Of a stretch of DNA of 64,000 nt, positions 23,831 through 33,365 are shown piece by piece; position 1 is the first letter of the stretch; each line of letters starts with the position of its first letter. Source of the DNA: an uncultured Gammaproteobacteria bacterium (GTDB lineage: Bacteria; Pseudomonadota; Gammaproteobacteria; UBA4575). Both the position numbers and the translations under genes were made by a program. The notes under the pieces are model-generated. The model was not told the origin of the DNA. It did not search any database and was given only the letters and a program-made list of their open reading frames with translations. The stretch is from positions 12,380 through 76,379 of the forward strand of contig CAJQLY010000017.1 in NCBI GenBank assembly GCA_905479295.1. Direction: 5' to 3'.

Positions 23831-24169
23831 ATGGAAAATATTAGTGTTTCAGAAGTGGCAGCAGGACAAATTAAAAAAGCGGCAATCGAATCTCAAGTGG
23901 ATATGCTGCCATTACGTTTAGCAGCGACTAAAAATGCCGATGGCTCACTGCACTACGGTATGGGTTTTGATGATGTTGGTAATGCAAAGGGTGAAGATGT
24001 CAGTTTTGAATCTCATGGTGTGACGATCGTAGTCGCTAAAACAAGCCTTCCACTACTACAAGGTACCGTAATTGATTACGTCGAATTAGAGCCGAAACAA
24101 TTTCACTTTGTTTTTCTCAACCCAAATGACCCGAACTACAAGCCACCTGCAGAAGAGTCTGCAGAATAG
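23831..24169 (+). CDS. dsrR: DsrR, IscA/HesB-like protein without cysteines
   Basis: 112 aa. IscA-like length and pattern (LRL....G..Y.M.FD, G..IDYV) but no Cys anywhere in the sequence. Position directly after dsrN. Confidence 0.75.
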   Translation: MENISVSEVAAGQIKKAAIESQVDMLPLRLAATKNADGSLHYGMGFDDVGNAKGEDVSFESHGVTIVVAKTSLPLLQGTVIDYVELEPKQFHFVFLNPNDPNYKPPAEESAE

Positions 24170-24192
24170 CTTAAGAAATTAATTAGGCTTCC

Positions 24193-25686
24193 TTGAAACC
24201 ACTCATGCGCATAACACAAAGCCGTATTTTGTTGCTCGTATTTGTGTGTAGCCAGCTACTACTATTGGCCGCTGCATTTGGTGTGACAGAGCCGCAGCGT
24301 AGCATTGTCTTAGCGGTTAGCTTATTGCTCTTGATCGCGATCAGAGTGTGGTTGCAATACATGCAGCCTAGTGAAGTTATAACGGATTGGATTCAACGTA
24401 TCCGAGCAGGTAACTTTGATGATCAGTTGCGCCTTAAGTCTGTCGATGAGTACAGCGAGCTTGATCAAGATCTAAGTTTTATTACTGAAATGCTACGCTC
24501 TTTATCACGCGATGCCGAGATACAAGTGCAGAGGCATACCGCTTATATTGCTCAGAAAACACGTTCATTATCTATCCTTTATGATATTGCCAGTAGTATT
24601 AATAGCTCAGAAAACGTCGATTCCTTATTAACCAGATTTTTACATACCACCAGCGAATTAATTAACTCATCAGCAGCTAGTGCAACAGTCACTAATGATA
24701 TTGGTAACCAACAGCTAATAAACCATATTAACTGTGATGATGAAGGGTTGTTGCGATACGCCGAACATTGCCAAGAATATATTAAAGAGACTGCTGGTGT
24801 TGAGACCTTCCCTTTACTGCAAGCAAATGTCAGTGTTTGTAATAAAGATATCTGTCGGCGGTTTTTCTCTTCAGAAAAGACACATTTACTACTCATTCCT
24901 TTGCAATACCATGGCAAGTTACTCGGTGTTTTTAGCCTCTATCTGCCAGAAGAAAGTCTGAATGACTTTGAAGATTTACAAGAGACTCTCACCAGTGTTG
25001 GCCGACATTTAGGTGCAGCGATTGAGCGAGAAAAGCTAGATGAACAAAAAACACAGCTATCAATCATGCGCGAGCGTACGCATATTGCGAATGAGTTGCA
25101 TGATTCATTGGCGCAAACTTTAACTAGTATCCGCTTTAGAGTGCGGTTATTAGATCAAAGTCTGCAGCAGGGTAATGAAGTTCAAGTATGGGATGAATTA
25201 GAGAAGGTTGAAGCGACTGTTACTGAAGCGCATGCTGAGATCCGAGAGCTGATTGCGCATTTCCGCTCACCAACTGTTTTGGCTAATCTTATTTCGGCTG
25301 TAGAGCAAACTATAGAGCGGTTTCGTCAGATTAATGATGATATTCAGATCTTTTTTCAGAATGAGTGGCCTGAGACTAATTTACCCGCTGAGACGGAGTT
25401 CCATGTTTTGCGTATCATGCAGGAGTCGCTGAATAATATCCGTAAACATAGTGAAGCAGAAAATGTGCGCATTATGATGGCTGGCGATCAGCAGGGCAGC
25501 TATAAAGTATTGATAGAAGATGATGGTGTGGGCTTTAAAGAGCCACAAAGCAGTAGTCACAGTGGCGAACATATTGGCCTCTCCATCATGCAGGATCGTG
25601 CCCGCCGTTTTGGTGGTGTACTGGAAATAGAAAGTGAACCGGGCGAAGGAACACGAATTGTTCTAGAATTCAGTCATGAACCATAA
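24193..25686 (+). CDS. NarX/NarQ-class sensor histidine kinase (2 TM, HAMP, GAF-like region, HisKA_3, HATPase_c)
   Basis: Two N-terminal hydrophobic helices are separated by only ~6 residues. H-box HIANELHDSLAQTL. C-terminal DDGVGF and GEHIGLSIM. The start could instead be ATG 24205. Confidence 0.85.
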   Translation: MKPLMRITQSRILLLVFVCSQLLLLAAAFGVTEPQRSIVLAVSLLLLIAIRVWLQYMQPSEVITDWIQRIRAGNFDDQLRLKSVDEYSELDQDLSFITEMLRSLSRDAEIQVQRHTAYIAQKTRSLSILYDIASSINSSENVDSLLTRFLHTTSELINSSAASATVTNDIGNQQLINHINCDDEGLLRYAEHCQEYIKETAGVETFPLLQANVSVCNKDICRRFFSSEKTHLLLIPLQYHGKLLGVFSLYLPEESLNDFEDLQETLTSVGRHLGAAIEREKLDEQKTQLSIMRERTHIANELHDSLAQTLTSIRFRVRLLDQSLQQGNEVQVWDELEKVEATVTEAHAEIRELIAHFRSPTVLANLISAVEQTIERFRQINDDIQIFFQNEWPETNLPAETEFHVLRIMQESLNNIRKHSEAENVRIMMAGDQQGSYKVLIEDDGVGFKEPQSSSHSGEHIGLSIMQDRARRFGGVLEIESEPGEGTRIVLEFSHEP

Positions 25687-25713
25687 ACAACTAACTAAGG
25701 TGAGGGTACACAA

Positions 25714-26364
25714 TTGCGCGTACTGATTATCGACGACCACACGTTATTTCGTGATGGCTTACAAGGATTGTTAGAGCGACATAATATTGAGGTCGTAGCC
25801 TCACTTGGTGACGGCCAAGAAGGTATTCGTCTCGCTCAAACGCTATTACCAGATATCGTCCTTTTGGACATGCGTATGCCGACGATTACAGGTCTTGAGG
25901 TATTGAAGAATCTGCAGGCAAATAAGTTCGAAGCGCCAGTAGTGATGTTAACTACCAGCAATGATGAGCGAGATCTAGTAGAAGCTTTACGCAACGGTGC
26001 CAAGGGATATCTCCTAAAAGAAATGGAGCCTGATGATGTGGTGGCAGCATTGCGTGAGATCGTTAAAGGTGAGACGGTGGTTGCACCAAATCTGACCCAG
26101 ATCTTGGCGCGTGTGGTCAAGGGTGAGCCTATCCTTGAAACAGAGCCTAGCCCGATTGATGACCTGACTCCGCGGGAGGCAGAGATTCTTAGTCTGCTTG
26201 CTGAAGGTCAAAGTAATAAAGTGATTGCACGTAATCTGGGCATCTCTGATGGCACAGTGAAACTGCATGTGAAGGCAATCTTACGTAAATTAAATATTCA
26301 TTCACGGGTTGAAGCTGCAGTGATTGCAGTTGAGCATGGCCTACGTGCAAGTAAACAAAACTAA
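25714..26364 (+). CDS. NarL/LuxR-family response regulator
   Basis: TTG start after AAGGTGAGGG. Receiver domain (IVLLDMRMP) and C-terminal HTH GQSNKVIARNLGISDGTVKLHV. Confidence 0.9.
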   Translation: MRVLIIDDHTLFRDGLQGLLERHNIEVVASLGDGQEGIRLAQTLLPDIVLLDMRMPTITGLEVLKNLQANKFEAPVVMLTTSNDERDLVEALRNGAKGYLLKEMEPDDVVAALREIVKGETVVAPNLTQILARVVKGEPILETEPSPIDDLTPREAEILSLLAEGQSNKVIARNLGISDGTVKLHVKAILRKLNIHSRVEAAVIAVEHGLRASKQN

Positions 26365-26385
26365 GATTGAAGCTATAGCGCAACG

Positions 26386-26835
26386 ATGAAAACATTTGAT
26401 CAGTTAGTGGCTGATGCGACCACAGGCATCGAAGAATGGATGCCATGGGATTTGCAGTCAGCCCTAGAGCAACAGCCTAATCTATTGATGATTGATGTAC
26501 GTGAGGCCGATGAATTTCAGAGTATGCAGATTAAAGGCTCACTGAATATTCCGCGTGGTATTTTAGAGGCAGCCAGTGAGTATGGTTTTGATGAAACTGA
26601 ACCGCGTTTGGCAGATGCTCGCGCTGAACAGGTGATTGTGATTTGTCGCTCGGGTCGGCGTAGCTGTTTGGCAGCCGACACCCTAAAGCAGTTAGGTTTT
26701 GAAAAGGCTATCTCATTAAAGACCGGATTGCGTGGCTGGAATGACGCAGATGCAGAATTGGTTGATCAGGCACAAAATTTGGTCGACGGTGATGTTGCTG
26801 AAGTTTACCTCTCGCCAAAGGTAGTGAACCCATAA
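26386..26835 (+). CDS. single-domain rhodanese-like sulfurtransferase
   Basis: 149 aa. Active-site loop CRSGRRS. Confidence 0.85.
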   Translation: MKTFDQLVADATTGIEEWMPWDLQSALEQQPNLLMIDVREADEFQSMQIKGSLNIPRGILEAASEYGFDETEPRLADARAEQVIVICRSGRRSCLAADTLKQLGFEKAISLKTGLRGWNDADAELVDQAQNLVDGDVAEVYLSPKVVNP

Positions 26836-26858
26836 TCTAAGCTAGTCTAAATGACTAT

Positions 26859-27125
26859 TTATTCAGCATCACTTCGGCGATTGTAGTAGTCATAAAATTC
26901 AAATTTCGTGATAACACCTTCACCGCTAGTATCATATTTCTCGAATACTTCTTGTTTGCCTAGAGAGTAAATTTCTTGTGCTTCTTGCAGTGTAATCTGT
27001 TGATTGTGATCGCGATCAGCATGCCAAAACAGCCCATCTTTTAAATCCATACCACCCCCTAATGCGGATGCCTGCCCAGCATAAATTGCAGTTAGTAGGT
27101 GTAATGTCAGTATGTATTTAGTCAT
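26859..27125 (-). CDS. secreted EF-hand calcium-binding protein
   Basis: Signal peptide ..AGQASA and two EF loops, DRDHNQQITLQE and DTSGEGVITKFE. Confidence 0.75.
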   Translation of the reverse strand: MTKYILTLHLLTAIYAGQASALGGGMDLKDGLFWHADRDHNQQITLQEAQEIYSLGKQEVFEKYDTSGEGVITKFEFYDYYNRRSDAE

Positions 27126-27219
27126 TAGAAATCCTTATCTTATATCGCTAATTGATAATACCAGTCTACTTGCATAGTTAATAACTTAACAAGTTCCTCA
27201 AGTATAGGTCTTTTACAGA

Positions 27220-27852
27220 TTAAACCTTAGGTAAAGTAGGCTTATTGTCAGATCGAAAGTAAGCCCTTATTTGTTGCCATAACTTGCGGATGCCACGCCA
27301 TAAACGAGGTAGCAACCAGACTAAGAATAGTATGAACAAGAAGAGTAATAAGCAGAATAGAAGAGGATGAGTAAGGGCCGTCCAAAGACCTGCAATCACG
27401 AGTAAATCTTCAGCTATTGAGAAGGTCCAATTGCTGAAAGGCTCAGGTGATGTATTGATTATTAGGCGGGTGCCTGTTTTGCTAGCGTGGGTGGCTGCAC
27501 TTAGCCCACCACCAACTACAGCAGCGGCTAATGCTAAAGTAGGTGATATTTCAATAACTGCACTGGCTGCTAATAAAGCGCCCGCCGGAATTCTAATAAA
27601 GCTGTGGATGGCATCCCAGATGCTATCTACACCAGGTATTTTATCGGCAAAAAATTCGACCGCAAACATCAATCCAGCTGCCGCTATAACGAGTGGATTT
27701 TGTAGCAAATACAAGCTATCGGGTAATACTAATTGTCCATTATTAGCACCTATTCCCAAGACTAAGATGGTTGCATATAGATTGATACCACTAGCCCAGG
27801 CCACGCCCATGGTCAAAGCAATAATGCTGATAATTTGTTGGTATCCAGCCAT
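27220..27852 (-). CDS. DUF4126-like integral membrane protein
   Basis: 210-aa polytopic ORF. The pattern ASGINLYATILVLGI matches my recollection of DUF4126. Confidence 0.6.
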   Translation of the reverse strand: MAGYQQIISIIALTMGVAWASGINLYATILVLGIGANNGQLVLPDSLYLLQNPLVIAAAGLMFAVEFFADKIPGVDSIWDAIHSFIRIPAGALLAASAVIEISPTLALAAAVVGGGLSAATHASKTGTRLIINTSPEPFSNWTFSIAEDLLVIAGLWTALTHPLLFCLLLFLFILFLVWLLPRLWRGIRKLWQQIRAYFRSDNKPTLPKV

Positions 27853-27919
27853 ACAGCGGTTGCTAGTAGATTAAGAATTATTCAGCATACGTTATGCCGA
27901 TAGATGTTGTGGATGACAA

Positions 27920-27967
27920 ATAACCATTAGTTGCCTATAAATTAAGCTGCTAATGGTTATTTTTTTA
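27920..27967 (-). terminator. hairpin downstream of apt; the better T-tract is on the opposite (+) strand
   Basis: Perfect 11-bp stem ATAACCATTAG/CTAATGGTTAT with a 19-nt loop. T7 follows on the + strand; only UUUGU follows on the minus strand. Confidence 0.45.
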
Positions 27968-28017
27968 GGTCACTGATGAGCTCTGTGGCCAAGCTGGGCT
28001 GGTAGATCTAGGAGATA

Positions 28018-28533
28018 TTAATACTGCAATAAGCTATGAGATTTGCCGAAAGAGGCTAATTGCTTGCGACCAGCAAGTTGATTTAACTCGATAACAAAGG
28101 CAAATTCATGCAGCTGACAATTAAAGTTTTGTAATAATTGGGCAGCTGCATTGGCAGTTCCACCCGTAGCCAATAAATCATCAATGAGTAAGACACGCGC
28201 ACCGTCTTCGATGGCATCTTTGTGTATTTCTAGAGAATCTTCGCCATACTCTAGTTGATAACTGACGGAGTAATGCTCAGCTGGTAGTTTTCCTGGTTTG
28301 CGTATTGGGATGAAGCCGACACCTAAGGCATGGGCTAAGGGTGTACCAAATATAAATCCGCGTGATTCAATGCCAATAACATAATCAATCTTTGCATCAA
28401 TGTAGCGCAGTCTAAATTGCTCTATGACGTGGCTAAAGGCATCAGCTGACTTGAGTAAGGTAGTAATGTCACGATACAAAATACCTGGTTTGGGAAAGTC
28501 TGCGACAGTGCGGATATAGTCTTGTAGTTGCAT
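28018..28533 (-). CDS. apt: adenine phosphoribosyltransferase
   Basis: 171 aa. PRPP-binding motif VLLIDDLLATGGT. Overall match to Apt. Confidence 0.92.
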   Translation of the reverse strand: MQLQDYIRTVADFPKPGILYRDITTLLKSADAFSHVIEQFRLRYIDAKIDYVIGIESRGFIFGTPLAHALGVGFIPIRKPGKLPAEHYSVSYQLEYGEDSLEIHKDAIEDGARVLLIDDLLATGGTANAAAQLLQNFNCQLHEFAFVIELNQLAGRKQLASFGKSHSLLQY

Positions 28534-28563
28534 AGTACTTGAGGTCCATTCATTAATTGAGAC

Positions 28564-29235
28564 TTAGACATCGCTCCAACGACGCACCAGGTTGATATAA
28601 GCTGAGTCAACTTGCTTGGTATAAGTTTCTGTTGGTTGTTTACGTAATAGTTTTTCACGAGCACAGCTTAGTTGATACAGTAACTCACGTTTTTCAGCAT
28701 CACGTACAGAGCTTTGTACCCAGGTTACAGCAACCTGACGTTTACCTTGGGTGACCTGCGCAACGCGGTGACGACTACTTGCAGGGTAGAGTACAGCATC
28801 ACCAGCTGGATACTTGATTACTTGCTCACCTAGAGGAGTCTGAATCACAAGTTCACCTCCTTCATATTCTTCAGGGGAATTTAAAAATATTGTGATCGCA
28901 ATATCTGATCGGTATTTGTCTTGCCCACCCATGATTGGATCATCAATATGTTCACCATATTCCATGCCAGTTTCATAACAAGCATAAAATGGGCTAGCAA
29001 TACGTAAGGGTAGAGCCGCACGTTGGTAGGTTTTATGTCGTAATAGATTAGTCATGACCAAGGCATTTAACTGTTGTGTTAGCGGATCATTCATAGCCAG
29101 CTCTTGGTTGTTTTTAACCATTGCTGCAACATCCCCTGCACTGAGTTTGCCATCGATAAACTGTGCTTTTTTTAGCAGTTCAGCAATTGCCGTGAGTTGT
29201 TGTGTGCCTAGCACCTGTTTAAGTTGGATAAGCAA
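28564..29235 (-). CDS. PKHD-type Fe(II)/2OG hydroxylase (PiuC/YbiX-like)
   Basis: 223 aa, colinear by eye with E. coli YbiX. HxD in GEHIDD; distal His in SSRHRV. Confidence 0.8.
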   Translation of the reverse strand: MLIQLKQVLGTQQLTAIAELLKKAQFIDGKLSAGDVAAMVKNNQELAMNDPLTQQLNALVMTNLLRHKTYQRAALPLRIASPFYACYETGMEYGEHIDDPIMGGQDKYRSDIAITIFLNSPEEYEGGELVIQTPLGEQVIKYPAGDAVLYPASSRHRVAQVTQGKRQVAVTWVQSSVRDAEKRELLYQLSCAREKLLRKQPTETYTKQVDSAYINLVRRWSDV

Positions 29236-29299
29236 AATATAATTCTTCCCGTTATACTGCGTTTTTATAAGACTACTATCTAAAATAAAGTCCTAAGCC

Positions 29300-29629
29300 A
29301 TGATACTGAAAGTTATTGTAGATGAAAGAACCATTCCGATCGAAGTTCCAGATTATATGCTTGCTGAGGCAGCTGATTTTTTCTCTCGAATGGATAGTGA
29401 TATGGATGCAGGTTGGCAAATGAGCCGGCAATGGGTGGAAAAACCTGATGGTATTCAGCGGTGCCAAATTGCAGCTGACAAAATACTGACAGCCTTGGAG
29501 TCTGGTGACGAAAAAGTAGCAACATTAATGGCGGGTTATATTTTACGTACACTGCCCGGGGTGGATCGCGCCGATATCGATACTGGTGGTGATATGAGTC
29601 AGACTGAATTTGCTATGGCAGATAGCTAG
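29300..29629 (+). CDS. hypothetical protein
   Basis: 109-aa ORF. No recognisable motif. Confidence 0.4.
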   Translation: MILKVIVDERTIPIEVPDYMLAEAADFFSRMDSDMDAGWQMSRQWVEKPDGIQRCQIAADKILTALESGDEKVATLMAGYILRTLPGVDRADIDTGGDMSQTEFAMADS

Positions 29630-29638
29630 TCTAATCAC

Positions 29639-30097
29639 CTAGCCCAATCGTACTTGCATAAGAAAGTGAGGGTGATCTAGCTCTGACTGAATACTCTCTT
29701 TGAGTTCAAACCCTATCGCCTGGTAAAAGCCACAGGCCTCTTCACGTGCATGTAGATAGCAACCTGTCACACCTCGGTTACGTGCATCGGCAAGTAACTG
29801 CATTACCAGCTCACGACCAATCCCCAGTCCTTGAAATTCAGTGGCGACTGCCATATAGCGAATACGAGCAGACAATTGCTGAGCATTTATTGTTTCGTAA
29901 TGAATCCGTCCAATACCTATGATGTTGTTATCTTCAGTCAAACAAATCCGGTGATAGGCCTGATCCTCTAAGGCGTCACGCTCAGAGCCTAGCGCAAGGC
30001 CAAAAGGGCTCCTGAGCTGCTGCCAGCGGAATTGATAATAGGCTTGCCACTGCTCATTAGTTACTGGAGTGCCGTAATGAAATGATGGCATGACCAA
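29639..30097 (-). CDS. GNAT-family N-acetyltransferase
   Basis: 152 aa. Acetyl-CoA motif A: FQGLGIGRELV. Confidence 0.8.
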   Translation of the reverse strand: MVMPSFHYGTPVTNEQWQAYYQFRWQQLRSPFGLALGSERDALEDQAYHRICLTEDNNIIGIGRIHYETINAQQLSARIRYMAVATEFQGLGIGRELVMQLLADARNRGVTGCYLHAREEACGFYQAIGFELKESIQSELDHPHFLMQVRLG

Positions 30098-30103
30098 AAT
30101 TAA

Positions 30104-30697
30104 TTAGGCGAATACGACCCATGTCGTAGCAATATATTTACTGCCTTTTTCTAAGGCGATACCACGGTGCTCATGAGTCCAAAAGGGTGGGAATAAAATA
30201 AGACTGCCTTGAGAGGGCGTGATTTTAAGCTCCTGTGATGAGAATTCAGTTTCACCACCTGGGCCTTCGACATCGTTTAGATACCAAATGGCGACTAACT
30301 GACGTTGGCTAAATTCATGGCTACCACCATCGATATGCCAGTGATAAAACTCACCGGGTAGCGTACGTTGCAGGCCATAACCCATATCTTTAAATGAACC
30401 AGAGAAGAATGGAAACTGCAGACGAAATTCTCGAAGAGCAATGCCTAAAGATCGGAATAGTGCACGATCTACATCCTGCCAATGTGGTTTGCCACTAACG
30501 ACAAGATCAGTGGAACGTTTAATGCTGCTGTCTTCATTTGCCATTTGGCCGACACGACCCAGATATTGATCTTCTGGAGAGGCCTCAAAACGCTGAATCA
30601 CATCGGCACAGAATTCTGCTGCTAAAGCATTTTTCTTTTCAAAAACAAAGCTTCCAGGTTTGCATTCCTGAATGGTTACTAAACGGTTTTCTTTCAT
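30104..30697 (-). CDS. 2OG-Fe(II) oxygenase (prolyl-4-hydroxylase-like)
   Basis: 197 aa. HxD in YHWHIDGG; distal His in WTHEHRG. Its ATG overlaps the stop of the upstream 345-aa gene by 4 nt. Confidence 0.7.
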   Translation of the reverse strand: MKENRLVTIQECKPGSFVFEKKNALAAEFCADVIQRFEASPEDQYLGRVGQMANEDSSIKRSTDLVVSGKPHWQDVDRALFRSLGIALREFRLQFPFFSGSFKDMGYGLQRTLPGEFYHWHIDGGSHEFSQRQLVAIWYLNDVEGPGGETEFSSQELKITPSQGSLILFPPFWTHEHRGIALEKGSKYIATTWVVFA

Positions 30698-31731
30698 TCT
30701 TTAAAGGCTTCGGCAGTCAAAAAGGCATCGATCTCTGAGCTTGTTTTTTGTGCGGCAAAAAAGCTTAGACATTGCTGCATTATATCATGCCAATAGTGCC
30801 TGCTGCGGCTTACCCAGATCGCTAACTTCTCATAGTTATGATCTTGATGCCACTGATTGTAAGCGCTTATAAAAGAGGGGCAGAGTTCTTTTCGTGTTGC
30901 GTTCATGTTGCCAGCATAAAAATGGATGGAGGCTGTGCTTTCATCTTCAATCAGGGCCGGTAAGGTCGATAATGCATCGGCAAATAAATCTTTAATTGCA
31001 CGAAGCTTGAGTTCAACACGCGGGTTATTGATCTCAAGTAATAGTTTTTTCCAATCAGGTCCAATAATCTGACTCGCCTTAATTTCACCGATTTCATGTA
31101 GCTTGATTGCCTCAGCCTCGACTTTGGCCATAGTATGTAAGGCCATATGCACATCTTCTTCAAATGGGTAGTACTTCATTGCCCTAGACATGCCATTTTC
31201 ATTGCCATGCCAGCGCCATTCTTGAACCCTTTCCCAGATCATTCGAGCAATAGATTGTTGGCGAATGAAGATGTTGTTTCCCAAGGTCATAGCTGGTGGT
31301 GAGGCAAGATCACGCGCATATTCTTGACCACTAATAAATATAGTAAAGTCGTGATGTGATTCACTGCTTAACTTTTCAGCAAGGAAAAAATGTGGTGTCT
31401 GGTTAGCGCCAAGCCCACCACTATAAATTAAGCCATGTGAATTAATTTGTTGGTTAATGGTGACGGTGTCAAAAGGATCAGTCTGTTGGCCGTTGATATT
31501 CAGGTTTTGAAAATCATCATCTTCAAGCTGCTCCCAGACTGCTTCACGTTCAGTCACCCATTGGCCTACTGGCCCGCTGGTGAGGTTGTCTTGATAATCT
31601 AGTTTCTCTGACCAACGATAGAACTCACGCATTTTCATTAGATAAATGCAGAGGGTGAAATTGCCGGCATGACGGGCATCGGCAATGTTGCAGTTATGTT
31701 GAACCTGCGCAGAAAGGAGATCGGTATTCAT
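30694..31731 (-). CDS. conserved-looking hypothetical protein (345 aa)
   Basis: Long ORF translationally coupled (ATGA overlap) to the downstream oxygenase. I cannot assign a family with confidence. Confidence 0.55.
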   Translation of the reverse strand: MNTDLLSAQVQHNCNIADARHAGNFTLCIYLMKMREFYRWSEKLDYQDNLTSGPVGQWVTEREAVWEQLEDDDFQNLNINGQQTDPFDTVTINQQINSHGLIYSGGLGANQTPHFFLAEKLSSESHHDFTIFISGQEYARDLASPPAMTLGNNIFIRQQSIARMIWERVQEWRWHGNENGMSRAMKYYPFEEDVHMALHTMAKVEAEAIKLHEIGEIKASQIIGPDWKKLLLEINNPRVELKLRAIKDLFADALSTLPALIEDESTASIHFYAGNMNATRKELCPSFISAYNQWHQDHNYEKLAIWVSRSRHYWHDIMQQCLSFFAAQKTSSEIDAFLTAEAFKE

Positions 31732-31832
31732 AGGTTTAGAGGTATAATCGGCTTGCTATTAAATTACAAGCAAGACAACAATGTTTGTCCTAGTATTAAA
31801 TGCGTACAGTGGATTAGAGATTAGTAAAAGAT

Positions 31833-32447
31833 ATGGCCAGATTAAAAGCGAAATGGAATCAGACACAGCATGAGCGCTCTCCAGAGCAGATTGCTTCAGT
31901 GGTCAGTAGTAATATTTGGATGCTTGCAGCCGATAGCTGCTTGAGTCTTGAAAATGAAGGTTTTGAAACCAATACCCATTCACAACGTATGGATGTTATC
32001 TGTGAATTCCTCGCCTTTTCACTGCATGTGGTCGATCGCATGACCTTTGGTGAATTAGAAGAGGAGGAGCGTGTACGCTTTATCAATGCTTTAGGCGTTA
32101 ATCTAGCGAATTTAGTGCATGATAATCGCTTGGATTCAAATGGCCCAGGTGAGCATCGCAAGCAATTTATTGCGCTACTAAATGTGCGTATGGATGAATA
32201 CTCTGAGTGTGATTACGACATTGATGAAGGGCCTGGCTTTGGTCTCAGACGTATTGCTGGTAATCATGTGATGGCAGTGATGGGCTCAAAAGACCAGAAG
32301 TGGATTCCTGATTATGTCATTGATATCGAAGCCCCAAAGATAGTGAAGGGTATACAGCGTGTTATGACCGGTATGGGTGAGTCTTTAGATGATGCTGATT
32401 TTGAGATGCCACCAATTCCAGAAAATGGCACCTGGGGTGATGAGTAA
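31833..32447 (+). CDS. hypothetical acidic cytoplasmic protein
   Basis: 204-aa ORF. No recognisable motif. Confidence 0.5.
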   Translation: MARLKAKWNQTQHERSPEQIASVVSSNIWMLAADSCLSLENEGFETNTHSQRMDVICEFLAFSLHVVDRMTFGELEEEERVRFINALGVNLANLVHDNRLDSNGPGEHRKQFIALLNVRMDEYSECDYDIDEGPGFGLRRIAGNHVMAVMGSKDQKWIPDYVIDIEAPKIVKGIQRVMTGMGESLDDADFEMPPIPENGTWGDE

Positions 32448-33309
32448 GTATTTATCCTCAATCAGCCTAGTCATATTAATAGGCTTATGTTGGCAGGGTG
32501 TAGTGCAAGCACAACCACTGCTGCAGTCATCAATAGGACCTGAACGGATTGAACACTGCCATATTGGTAGTGCTGATGAGATTGTTGAGTTTTATGCACT
32601 GAACCATTACGTTTTATTTGCTCAAGCACAGCATAAGACAGCACAAGGTAAGCAGTCTCAAGTTCAGTTCTTAGTGACTTCTGACATGGCTTATTTTTAT
32701 ATTGCTAAGATTCGCTTATTACAAGGTGATGTCCGCGAGGCCTGTTTGAAGTTGCTGGCTAGGGAAGTGGATTATCAATTGGTCGCACCGATGGCCGGCC
32801 TACTTGAAAGAAAACCTAGGCATCATTTTTTGTTCTTTGAGAAATTACCCAATCGCAGTCGTTGCGCTGCAGAGAAGCTAGGCTGTGCGAGCTGGTCGCA
32901 ATGGTCAGAAGACTCTGAGGGCGAGTATTTACTGACAGCTTACCGTTATTCTTTGAAGCAGAAAGCACATTTTGAGCAGGCAGTAAGGGTACGAGTAGGC
33001 GATAAGCAAATAGCACCAGGACGTGGCAAGTTGAGTGCATTTGCGCGCCTGCAATATGTGCGACGTTTACGTAATGAGGTGAATGAAAGTCCATCGGATA
33101 GGGAAGAGGCAAAAACGTTTTATCAGCAATTACTAGAGAGTACTGATCACGGGTTACCGCTTTTAAGCCTAAGGCAGTTGCCAGAACAGGGCTGGGATCT
33201 GACAGTAATTGATCGCCAGAAAGGATTGGTTTTTACTGTCATGCAGGGCGATCAGCTAGAGCTGTACCCGCAAAGTAGGGAGTACTACCGGCACTTATCA
33301 GCCCAGTAG
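32440..33309 (+). CDS. hypothetical secreted protein
   Basis: Start moved to ATG 32440 (MSKYLSSISLVILIGLCWQGVVQA, signal-peptide-like). It overlaps the upstream stop by 8 nt. Confidence 0.5.
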   Translation: MSKYLSSISLVILIGLCWQGVVQAQPLLQSSIGPERIEHCHIGSADEIVEFYALNHYVLFAQAQHKTAQGKQSQVQFLVTSDMAYFYIAKIRLLQGDVREACLKLLAREVDYQLVAPMAGLLERKPRHHFLFFEKLPNRSRCAAEKLGCASWSQWSEDSEGEYLLTAYRYSLKQKAHFEQAVRVRVGDKQIAPGRGKLSAFARLQYVRRLRNEVNESPSDREEAKTFYQQLLESTDHGLPLLSLRQLPEQGWDLTVIDRQKGLVFTVMQGDQLELYPQSREYYRHLSAQ

Positions 33310-33321
33310 AGTGATGCTAAA

Positions 33322-33353
33322 AGACATCGCTAACTTAGAGGCTAGCGATGTCT
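33322..33353. terminator. perfect 11-bp hairpin between convergent genes, without a clear U-tract
   Basis: AGACATCGCTA-(10 nt)-TAGCGATGTCT. Confidence 0.4.
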
Positions 33354-33365
33354 ACGCAATCTGTA

